From: a bacterium
Lineage (GTDB): Bacteria; Hinthialibacterota; Hinthialibacteria; Hinthialibacterales; Hinthialibacteraceae
Length of the DNA: 64,000 nt
Reading direction: 5' to 3'
NCBI GenBank assembly: GCA_963663405.2
Contig: CAXXSM010000140.1
Coordinates: 1 to 64,000, forward strand
The translations under genes and the position numbers were made by a program. Positions 42,595-50,709 of the stretch are shown here, piece after piece (positions within the stretch are counted from its first letter, which is position 1; each line of letters opens with the position of its first letter). The notes beneath the pieces are model-generated. The model worked only from the letters and a program-made list of their open reading frames with translations. It was not told the DNA's origin and made no database searches.

Positions 42595-43257
42595 TTATTC
42601 TTCGAGAATCCGAACTCTGAATTCTGTCCCAACGACCTTCACGCGGCCGTGTGGAGTTTCGATTACCATGGGATTATTGGGATTGGATTGGGCTTGGACA
42701 TAGATCTCGCCGCAATACATATGAAAGGAACGGGTGTCGGCTGGAATAAACGCCAGTTGGGTTCCCGGCTTACAAACGATTTGTGTATCGTCTTTAAGCG
42801 TAACTTGAAGGGACGTATGACTTGGAGCCTGAACCGTGAATCCATGCCGCGTTTTCCAATCGTTCCACCAACTCAGAGAAATGGAATTCTCTTCAGATTG
42901 ACAGCGAATGGATTGAAGATTCGGATTTTCCGGCAAAAGGAAAAATCCACCGCCAATGATCGCAACGCATAAGAGAAGACAAAGGCCACGGATCGCAAAT
43001 GGATGGAACACAACGCTTTCCCATTGTATACCTTGCCATTGAAACCATTTTCCTTTTCCGCAACGCAGTTCACTTCGCAATTTCCGCATCAATTGTTCTT
43101 CATCAGCTTTTGGAACGGGCATGGTATGCAGGAGATCCCGGAGTTCGCTATACGATTGAAAAAGGCGTTTTTCATCTTCATTCGCGAAATCCTTATCACC
43201 TTTTTCGAATCGTTCCGCATATGAAAATTCTTGTTCTTCAGGAATCTCGTTTCTCAT
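42595..43257 (-). CDS. Anti-sigma factor with a truncated FecR domain
   Basis: Cytoplasmic N-terminus, TM, then …LKDDTQI…GEIYV…IETPHGRVKVVGTEFRV; overlaps the sigma gene by 4 nt. Confidence 0.82.
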   Translation of the reverse strand: MRNEIPEEQEFSYAERFEKGDKDFANEDEKRLFQSYSELRDLLHTMPVPKADEEQLMRKLRSELRCGKGKWFQWQGIQWESVVFHPFAIRGLCLLLCVAIIGGGFFLLPENPNLQSIRCQSEENSISLSWWNDWKTRHGFTVQAPSHTSLQVTLKDDTQIVCKPGTQLAFIPADTRSFHMYCGEIYVQAQSNPNNPMVIETPHGRVKVVGTEFRVRILEE

Positions 43258-43817
43258 AATTCACCTCGATACTTTTCCAATCGCTGGCGTAATTTTCTTC
43301 TGGCCCGGTGGAGTTGCGTTTTGACTTGACTGAGTGGGATTTGGAGCGCATCCGCTATTTCTTTATAGGAATCACCCTTGAACTCAAATAAAACAAATAT
43401 CAACCGTTGGTTTTCTGGAAGTGAATCCAACGCGTTTGCTAGAATGGTGTGTATATCCCGTTCCCGCGCAACGCTGTAGGGGGATTCTGGAAGGTTCCAA
43501 TCGTTGTTGATTTGAATTTGCTTCTGACTTTTTGCGCGAATCGTACGCTGTCTTACTCGATCGATACATAGATTCCTCGCGCAGGTAAGCAAAAAACTTT
43601 TGATAGAACCATTATGCAAGCCAAATTGACCACTTTTTATCCGCTGGATCAATTTCAGAAATGTTTCTTGTAACACATCCTCCGCTTCATCATGATTGCC
43701 GAGAATCAAATACGCGAGACGAAACACATCGTCAGAGTGCCACTGAACCACTTGTTCAAAAGCGGAGACTTCCAGTTTTTGCAAACGTTCTATGAAATCA
43801 ACCGAATCGGATTTCAT
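43254..43817 (-). CDS. ECF RNA polymerase sigma factor
   Basis: AEDVLQETF, ARNLCIDRVR, LPENQR…SYKEIADAL…VKTQLHRARRKL. Confidence 0.95.
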   Translation of the reverse strand: MKSDSVDFIERLQKLEVSAFEQVVQWHSDDVFRLAYLILGNHDEAEDVLQETFLKLIQRIKSGQFGLHNGSIKSFLLTCARNLCIDRVRQRTIRAKSQKQIQINNDWNLPESPYSVARERDIHTILANALDSLPENQRLIFVLFEFKGDSYKEIADALQIPLSQVKTQLHRARRKLRQRLEKYRGEL

Positions 43818-43924
43818 TCTTAACTAACCTTTCCTGCATAATACACGGATATAGCCTACTCAATGTTTCAGAAAAATGAAAAAAGATGGATGGGGGCGCT
43901 TAATTTCAGACGCTGATCGATATG

Positions 43925-43950
43925 AGGGCAGGGGCGAGGATTGCCCCTAC
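43925..43950 (-). repeat. GTAG-type REP-like element
   Basis: Minus strand GTAGGGGCAATCCTCGCCCCTGCCCT: GTAG tetranucleotide followed by a GGGCA…TGCCC hairpin. Confidence 0.5.
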
Positions 43951-44061
43951 GTGAAGAGTTGAAGATACAATTTGCCTTTTATCTGGAGTCTGATAGTTTT
44001 CCAGACCAATGGTTATCGAGTCTATTTCGTTTTTTTAGTATGCTCATTTCTTACTTTGGGG

Positions 44062-44128
44062 TGCTAACGGTAAGTTCACCGATTAAGGCCGCGCAGCAGA
44101 CTTAATCCGGTGAAACGTCTTGTTAGAC
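44062..44128 (-). mobile_element. Integron attC site (attC-2)
   Basis: Minus strand R'' GTCTAAC … TTCACCgGATTAAG / CTTAATCGGTGAA (one unpaired base) … R' GTTAGCA; 67 bp. Confidence 0.85.
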
Positions 44129-44188
44129 CATACGTATTGCTCAGTTACGGCGCGCCGTTCCCCTGTTAACTGCAGCAAGTGGTTAAGC
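44127..44188 (-). mobile_element. Integron attC site (attC-1) with an imperfect R' box
   Basis: R'' GCTTAAC directly follows the TAA of the cassette ORF. Arms TTGCTgCAGTTA / TAACTGAGCAA have one unpaired base. R' reads GTATGG (GTTATGG minus one T). Confidence 0.78.
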
Positions 44189-45232
44189 TTAGTTTTCGAT
44201 ATTTGCTTTTTTACTATTTTCCAGAACTGACTGATAGTCTGTAATTTCTTTGTAAAAATCTATGCTATTACCCATATCGACCTTTTCGCAAAAAAACAAT
44301 CGTTCATAAGGTCCACCGTTATTGTTGAAATAGCAGTATATATGCGGATCGTAATAGTACTCATCACCTTCCCAATTTACTGTTTCGATAGATTCGAATG
44401 GAATTTCTCCAACTAGAAGTGCGCTAATTTCTCTTTCTTCATTGTTTTTATAATCCGTATATCTATAACCCCCTTCACATTCAGTTAAACCTACCCATCT
44501 TAATCCGACTTTTATGCCTCTGGTATATGTTTCAAGTATACCAATACGGAACCATGATGAAATTCCGGTATCTTCATCATCTGTGTTAGGGTAACCATCC
44601 ACCCTATCTATATCTCTGATTATGACATCTCCTCTAAGCTTCTCAGCTCGAATTTTAAATTCTTTTCTTAGTTTTTCTCTGTGATGAACTAACTCAACAT
44701 TTGAAGAAAATTTTGCTTCTGATGACTTAGTTTGGTTTAAGAAAGGATATAGTGCTGATTTTAAGGAAGCTACTAGAGATTTTCTGATGTTTGATTTATC
44801 CGTAAAGTTATTTGAAGAAAGTTCATACTGTATAGGCCAACGCTTGTGAGATAAATCAAAAGGCAAATTTCCCTCCGGTTTTCCAAATGCTGTGTTCATT
44901 ACATTTATAATTCGATTGTCTCTTAATGCGTTCAAAGCATAGCCGAGTTCAATCATGACATTGGGATTTGAAACAAGCTTTTTACTATCAACTGTCTTAG
45001 CGATAAATGTTATATCACCTATAAAAATATCACTTTTTTCTATTTTATTTAATATTGTAGATACAATATCAGGCGTACCCTGAACATTCTTTGTGTCGTG
45101 ATCTAGTCTAAGAGGTTCTTCAATTTTTAATTCTTCGTTTAGTAGTTTTATTGCTCTTTCAAGGCACTCTTTTATGAAGTTTCGATTGTATTTCGCATCA
45201 ATATCGCTTTGCCATGAATAGAAAATTATCAA
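44189..45232 (-). CDS. Integron cassette ORF: TIR-like/nucleotide-binding N-terminal domain plus an uncharacterised C-terminal domain
   Basis: IFYSWQSD…GTPDI..TILNKI..SDIFIGDIT…NPNVMIELGYA…LPFDL. Visibly AT-rich. RBS GAGGTG and TTG start. Confidence 0.82.
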   Translation of the reverse strand: MIIFYSWQSDIDAKYNRNFIKECLERAIKLLNEELKIEEPLRLDHDTKNVQGTPDIVSTILNKIEKSDIFIGDITFIAKTVDSKKLVSNPNVMIELGYALNALRDNRIINVMNTAFGKPEGNLPFDLSHKRWPIQYELSSNNFTDKSNIRKSLVASLKSALYPFLNQTKSSEAKFSSNVELVHHREKLRKEFKIRAEKLRGDVIIRDIDRVDGYPNTDDEDTGISSWFRIGILETYTRGIKVGLRWVGLTECEGGYRYTDYKNNEEREISALLVGEIPFESIETVNWEGDEYYYDPHIYCYFNNNGGPYERLFFCEKVDMGNSIDFYKEITDYQSVLENSKKANIEN

Positions 45233-45258
45233 TTTACACCTCTTCTTACTAATTTAAT

Positions 45259-45277
45259 TCTTAACAAGATGTTCAGT
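45259..45277 (-). mobile_element. attI-like simple site at the cassette 5' boundary
   Basis: Minus strand ACTGAAC-5 bp-GTTAAGA. GTTAAGA matches the complement of this cassette's R'' (GCTTAAC) at 6/7 positions. Confidence 0.6.
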
Positions 45278-45286
45278 AGTTACTGT

Positions 45287-45315
45287 AGTTTATACAGCAT
45301 TTTCTTGACAGTCAA
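45287..45315 (-). promoter_or_regulatory. Pc-like cassette promoter
   Basis: TTGACT-17 bp-TAAACT pointing into the cassette. The -35 lies in the palindrome TTTCTTGAC-A-GTCAAGAAA (45301-45319). Confidence 0.65.
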
Positions 45316-45571
45316 GAAAGAATCGCATTAATTTAGCCTGTATTCTAATTATTGTTAATGATTGATGCATTATAGATTGTCGAGAGTAGTTTGTGAATGA
45401 ATAGCAATAACAATCGACTCATTCGTTTTAGAGGATAAGCAGTGAATATAATGTAGTCGCTACCCGTCGCGGAAGAGACACATGTTTCCCGTTGCACCGT
45501 ATTCTTCTGTTAGAAGAAAACATAACGATATGGGAGAGTAGGTGAGGGAATTTTGTTTCAGCGGCGTTTCT

Positions 45572-46882
45572 TTACTTCTCTTCATTATTTCTATTGAAGG
45601 GGCGGTTGAAGAAGTTCTGCCCTGTAATCAATCGCGCGCCGCAGTTGCGGGTGAAGTAATGCCAGGCCCATTGGATGAATACGAGAACGCGGTTTTCAAA
45701 TTCTACGATGTACATCAGATGGACGAAAAGCCATAGAATCCAGGCGAAGAATCCACTGAATCGCAATCGTTCTCCCAGATTGGCGACGGCTGCGGAACGG
45801 CCGATGACCGCCAGAGAGCCCCTATTGAAATATTTGAATGGCTCGATTTTTTGACCTCGCAACCGTTTTTTGATACATTTCGCCAGGTATCTCCCCTGCT
45901 GCATAGCGACAGGCGCGACACCGGGTAATGGTTTCTCACCCGGATGATTGAAATGGGCGAGGTCACCGATGGCGTAAATATCAGGATATTTAGTCACACT
46001 CAGATCTGGATTGACGATAATTTTTCCCATCTTATCGAGATCCGCGCCTGTCCGGTTGCCCGCTAACCGCCCAAAGCCTGTCGTCTGCACACCTGCGGCC
46101 CATAGAACGGTTTGTGTTTTGATGATTTCAGGTTTATCGTCCGACTGAATGCGTACCAATCGTGGTTCAATATCGGTCACGCTGGTGTTTCTCCGGACTG
46201 AGATCCCAAGCCGTTTAAGGGACCGTTCCGCTTTTCGGGAAAGGAGTGGGGGAAACGCATTGAGTATTTTCTTGTTTCGTTCCAATAGAATTATACGGGC
46301 GTTGGAAGGATCGATATTGCGAAAGTCATGTCTAAGGGTGTGGTTGGCGAGTTCCGCAAGCGCTCCCGCTAATTCTACGCCGGTCGGTCCACCGCCGACA
46401 ACGACAAAGGTAAGCAGTTCCCGCTGCATTTCAGGGCTGTCTACTCGTTCCGCTTTTTCGAAGGATGAAAGGATGCGGCTGCGGATCTGGGTCGCGTCTT
46501 CAATTGATTTTAATCCCGGCGCGTTTAGAGTCCATAGATCGGCTCCAAAATAGCAATGGCGGACTCCTGTGGATAGAATGAGAATGTCGTAGGACAGTTC
46601 TCCTTCTTTTAAAATCAGCCGTTTGCCGTTTGGATCAATATCGGCGGCTTCATCCATGATAACCGTTACGTTTTTCCGCCGTTTCAGTATGGATCGAAGG
46701 GGAGACGCGATATCGCCGGGTGAGAGTCCTCCAGTGGCGACTTGGTATAACAAAGGTTGGAAAAGGTGGTAGTTCCGGCGGTCGACTAGTGTGACTCGTA
46801 TCGAATTGTCATTTAAATTCGAAGCGGCGCTTAGTCCTCCCGCTCCCCCGCCGACAATGACAACATGTGTTTCCTTATCCAT
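45572..46882 (-). CDS. ndh: Type II NADH dehydrogenase (NDH-2)
   Basis: VVIVGGGAGG, HLFQPLLYQVATG, VVGGGPTGVELAG, WAAGV, IGD, VAPVAMQQG. Confidence 0.93.
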   Translation of the reverse strand: MDKETHVVIVGGGAGGLSAASNLNDNSIRVTLVDRRNYHLFQPLLYQVATGGLSPGDIASPLRSILKRRKNVTVIMDEAADIDPNGKRLILKEGELSYDILILSTGVRHCYFGADLWTLNAPGLKSIEDATQIRSRILSSFEKAERVDSPEMQRELLTFVVVGGGPTGVELAGALAELANHTLRHDFRNIDPSNARIILLERNKKILNAFPPLLSRKAERSLKRLGISVRRNTSVTDIEPRLVRIQSDDKPEIIKTQTVLWAAGVQTTGFGRLAGNRTGADLDKMGKIIVNPDLSVTKYPDIYAIGDLAHFNHPGEKPLPGVAPVAMQQGRYLAKCIKKRLRGQKIEPFKYFNRGSLAVIGRSAAVANLGERLRFSGFFAWILWLFVHLMYIVEFENRVLVFIQWAWHYFTRNCGARLITGQNFFNRPFNRNNEEK

Positions 46883-46942
46883 AGTATGCGCTTCAATTGA
46901 CCGCTGTACAGTTCATGCGCGCCGATACGAAATCGGATGAAC

Positions 46943-47794
46943 TCATAAATACCGGTTCATAATATCCGACAAACGTTTTTTATTCAGATCCTGCTTAACT
47001 AATGGCCCCTCACGCAGAAACGGATATTGTTCGTCGAATGTTGGACGATCGCACTTATAAATTATACCAATGGGAATCCGTTCTTCCCATTCTTTGGCTT
47101 CCTTCATAGCCGCCTCCCAATCTGTTGGATCGTAGTCCGGGGGCAATTCTTGACATCGTTTTTTGTACCACGCGAATGTATTGAGTCGGTTGAATGAGAC
47201 GCAAGGGTGAAGGATTTCAAGGAACGAGAGTCCTTTGTGGGCGATCGCCTTTTGGATCATATCCGACAGATGATCTTGGGTTCCAGAAAAACTGCGGGCG
47301 ACAAAACTCGTGCGAAGCGCGATGGCGGTGGCAATGGCGTTAAAGGGTTCGGAAAAAACCCCAGTGGGCTGATATTTCGTTTTTAGCCCTCTGGCCGAGG
47401 TTGGACTCGCCTGTCCTTTGGTCAATCCATAAATCTGGTTGTTATGAGCGAGCAGAGTTAGATTGACATTCCGGCGCAGAGCGGCGAGGAAGTGATTGCC
47501 TCCTTCCCCGTAAATACAGCCATCGCCACTTTCCACAATCACATTCAGTTCCGGATTGACAAGTTTCGCGGCTGTGCCAATCGGCAATGCGCGCCCATGA
47601 AGGCCATTGAACACGTTCGCGTTCAAGTAATGCGGCATTTTCGCCGCCTGACCGATCCCTGAAACCATCAACAATTCAGATGGCTTGATATTACTGGCGG
47701 CCAGAGCGCTTTTCAAAGTTTTTAGAATGGGGAAGTTCCCACAGCCGGGGCACCAGCTGGTTTCGTATGCGCCAAAATCTTCAATCGTTACCAT
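46943..47794 (-). CDS. 2-oxoacid:ferredoxin oxidoreductase beta subunit
   Basis: WCPGCGN, GLHGRALP, SGDG…EGGNH, NNQIYGLTKGQASPT. Confidence 0.95.
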   Translation of the reverse strand: MVTIEDFGAYETSWCPGCGNFPILKTLKSALAASNIKPSELLMVSGIGQAAKMPHYLNANVFNGLHGRALPIGTAAKLVNPELNVIVESGDGCIYGEGGNHFLAALRRNVNLTLLAHNNQIYGLTKGQASPTSARGLKTKYQPTGVFSEPFNAIATAIALRTSFVARSFSGTQDHLSDMIQKAIAHKGLSFLEILHPCVSFNRLNTFAWYKKRCQELPPDYDPTDWEAAMKEAKEWEERIPIGIIYKCDRPTFDEQYPFLREGPLVKQDLNKKRLSDIMNRYL

Positions 47795-47811
47795 GATGGT
47801 GATTTCCTTGT

Positions 47812-49500
47812 TCAGGATTCCAGTTCACGAAGAATCGATTCGGGAGTGATGACTCGCCCGTCATATCGAAGGATGCGTTTGGGGATATGAAAACCTGTTT
47901 CCCGCCGAATCAGCCGTGTGAATTGCGCTGTCGCGTTTCCTTCCACACAGATGACTTGTTCCGCGGATTCCAACCGGGCAAGAAACTGTTCGGGAACCAG
48001 CGGCCAAACTTGGGAGAAATGAAGCGCCGCGGCGGATCTCCCCTTTGCAGAAAGCTGGGCGGCCGCTTCGATCGCAGATCCTTTTGTTGATCCCCAGGAG
48101 ACGAGTAGGATACTTGGATTTTCGTCGCCAATGAATTCGGGCGGTGTAGTTTCCTGCCGAAGCGCTTCTTCTTTCTTGGCGCGTTTTTCAACCATCTGTT
48201 TGCGAACACTTGTATCTTCGGTGATGTGACCCGCTTCGGTATGTTCGTGACTGTCCGCGACAACAAGATGTTCACTCATTCCAGGAAGAAGGCGGGGGGA
48301 GATTCCGTTATCCGTCAGGGCGTACCGGCGATAGGGCGCTGTGATTGATGCGGGATCGACTCCACATCGAACTGGAGAAAGATTCTCAATGTCGAATGGA
48401 TCAGCCGCGCGGTAGGAGTCAGCGAGAAATTGATCGGTCATCAGAAAGACCGGCCCTTGATAACGTTCCGCTAGTTCGAACGCTTTTCGTGTGAGATGGA
48501 AGCATTCTTCCAACGATCCCGGCGCGAAGATACAACGGGGGAAATCCCCGTGACCGGCGTGAAGAACCATTTCAAGGTCACCTTGTTCGGTGCGGGTCGC
48601 CATCCCTGTCGCGGGGCCGGGACGTTGGGCGATGACGATGACTACGGGAGTTTCCGTGATCCCTGCAAGACTAACTGATTCAACCATCAAAGCGAATCCG
48701 CCGCCGGAAGTGGGAACCAAGCTGGGAACACCGGCGAACGAGGCGCCGATCGCCATATTCACGGCGGCGATTTCATCTTCCGCCTGCTCAATAATCACTC
48801 CCATATCCGCCGCGTAAGCGGTCATGTTTGTGATAATGGATGTCGCCGGTGTCATAGGATAATACGAGCAGAATTTAACACCCGCTGAGAGAGCGCCCAG
48901 GACAATCGCTTCATTGCCGTGAATCATAAGATGGGGGGAGGATTCAACGGCTTTGGCAACCGGGAACGGGGATGTCTTGCCTTGTTCTTTCTGCCAGTGA
49001 TACGCTTGTATCAACGCTTCCCGATTGGCTTCACCAATTTTAGGATCTTTTTTTCCAAATTGTTTCTCGACAATTTGCGAAACTGTTTGGAGATCGAGAT
49101 CAAGCAAAGCCGCAGTAACGCCTAAGATGGCGATGTTTGCGTATTTAGACGCGCCCAAATCTTTTGTGGGGATACTGTATATACCATCATTCGATTCTGT
49201 TAACGCTTCATCCGCTAAAACGAGACCGTTCGGAGACAAGGCTTCCCGATCTTCCGTTAGAGAACGAGTATCCAATGCGATCAGATAGTCGATGGATTCG
49301 CATGGCGCGGCTACTTCAGATGAATTGAAACGAATCGCGAACGTATTGTGACCACCCCGAATGCGGGAGTAATAACTTTGTGTCACTACGATGGAATAAC
49401 CGGATCGGACAAGGCTTTTCGCGAGCAGATATCCGACGGTGGCGACTCCTTGTCCCGCCTCTCCACCGATGACTATATTGAGAGAATCCTCTTGCTGCAT
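47812..49500 (-). CDS. 2-oxoacid:ferredoxin oxidoreductase alpha subunit (gamma-alpha fusion)
   Basis: GGEAGQGV, SRIRGGHN, YPMTPAT, QAEDEIAA, TSGGGFALM, QRPGPATG. Confidence 0.95.
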   Translation of the reverse strand: MQQEDSLNIVIGGEAGQGVATVGYLLAKSLVRSGYSIVVTQSYYSRIRGGHNTFAIRFNSSEVAAPCESIDYLIALDTRSLTEDREALSPNGLVLADEALTESNDGIYSIPTKDLGASKYANIAILGVTAALLDLDLQTVSQIVEKQFGKKDPKIGEANREALIQAYHWQKEQGKTSPFPVAKAVESSPHLMIHGNEAIVLGALSAGVKFCSYYPMTPATSIITNMTAYAADMGVIIEQAEDEIAAVNMAIGASFAGVPSLVPTSGGGFALMVESVSLAGITETPVVIVIAQRPGPATGMATRTEQGDLEMVLHAGHGDFPRCIFAPGSLEECFHLTRKAFELAERYQGPVFLMTDQFLADSYRAADPFDIENLSPVRCGVDPASITAPYRRYALTDNGISPRLLPGMSEHLVVADSHEHTEAGHITEDTSVRKQMVEKRAKKEEALRQETTPPEFIGDENPSILLVSWGSTKGSAIEAAAQLSAKGRSAAALHFSQVWPLVPEQFLARLESAEQVICVEGNATAQFTRLIRRETGFHIPKRILRYDGRVITPESILRELES

Positions 49501-49667
49501 TTTTTTTAACCTATGAGGAGGATTGGTAGATAATGGAGCGGCTGAAACCGTATCCAGGTTGTTCTCCGTTATAGGAGTGAAAGTTAATTATAAGATATTT
49601 ATATTACTTTTCTGGGATTTCAGCCGCTTTGTCATTAATAAAAATTTATGTTCAAATCGTGGGGTTA

Positions 49668-50129
49668 TTAACTCCATTCCGGATCCAATATGCGATCGTC
49701 GTATTCGAGTTCAAAACGGAGTTTGTGCTTGGCTTCTTCCTGAGCCAACGCTAAGAGTGTTTGTTTCAGTTCTTCATCATTCGTTGTTTCCGCCAGATCC
49801 GAATAGAGTTTGAAAGCCGCTTTTTCTGCTTTCATGGCGATAATCAACGCGTCTTGATAATCCATGTCACTGCTGGCTTCACCTTCAACTAGATAATCTC
49901 CGATTTTGAGATCCAGCACTGTATCCTTGAAGGTCATTTTCAGATTGCCCGATTTTACCGCGAGGAGTTTCGCTTTATGACCCTTTTCTTCCTGCGCGAA
50001 TTCTAAAAAGATCTTTTTCATCCATTGTTTTTTTACTTTATCTGCCAGTTCGGTATAGAATTGCGCCGCATCTTCTTCATTTTTAATCGCGAAATCCAGA
50101 ATTTCATCGACGGATTGAAGGTTTGCCAT
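49668..50129 (-). CDS. Rubrerythrin/ferritin-like diiron protein
   Basis: Duplicated AIxxExxAxxFY…ExxH motifs (EEKGH, EEAKH); start MANLQ. Confidence 0.9.
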   Translation of the reverse strand: MANLQSVDEILDFAIKNEEDAAQFYTELADKVKKQWMKKIFLEFAQEEKGHKAKLLAVKSGNLKMTFKDTVLDLKIGDYLVEGEASSDMDYQDALIIAMKAEKAAFKLYSDLAETTNDEELKQTLLALAQEEAKHKLRFELEYDDRILDPEWS

Positions 50130-50709
50130 ATTATCTCTCTCCTCGTTTTTAATCTTTTTGCTATAAATTTTCATTTCAATTGCGGCGGATCTACGCCGCG
50201 TTCCTCTCTTGAAGAATATCGCATTCCCGCATGATTTCGAAGGTGTCCCTAAAAAAAATAAAGCCGATTTTCTGAAATTAAGGGGGAATTATTGGGAATC
50301 GGCTGATGGATGCGCTTGAAAGGGAAAAACGAAGCGGAAGTAGACTTTAGTATTGATCGCAAAGCCAATAAAAATGGTTCATCCAGTAAGTGGATAATTT
50401 TAAACTATAAAAATAGTATAATTATCTACTATAAACATAATTGTACATTTTATGATACGTTTTTTAGATTTATTTATTTTCCCAAAACCAAAAATTGAGA
50501 AAAAAAAATACGAATCGGCGGAAGAAATAGAGTATATTTGATCTTCTAAAATATCTTAACTATTTGAAATATATATATTTATATGTTGATAAAAAAAATA
50601 TGATTATTTTGTTTATGACTCTAGAAATCACTTTTGATCTATGTTAAAACCATATGAAATACCTTTTTAAAAGGTATTCATATTCATTATTAGAAGGGGA
50701 GATACAGAT

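Noticed and set aside
45320-45571. Integron integrase (intI) remnant next to the attI-like site
   Set aside because: No ORF or tyrosine-recombinase motif found in this gap. The integrase at nt 1-809 is phage-type and tied to the tRNA att site.
50235-50700. AT-rich intergenic stretch as an ncRNA, origin or small ORF (50310-50498)
   Set aside because: No repeats, DnaA-box cluster or stable fold seen; most simply a divergent promoter region.
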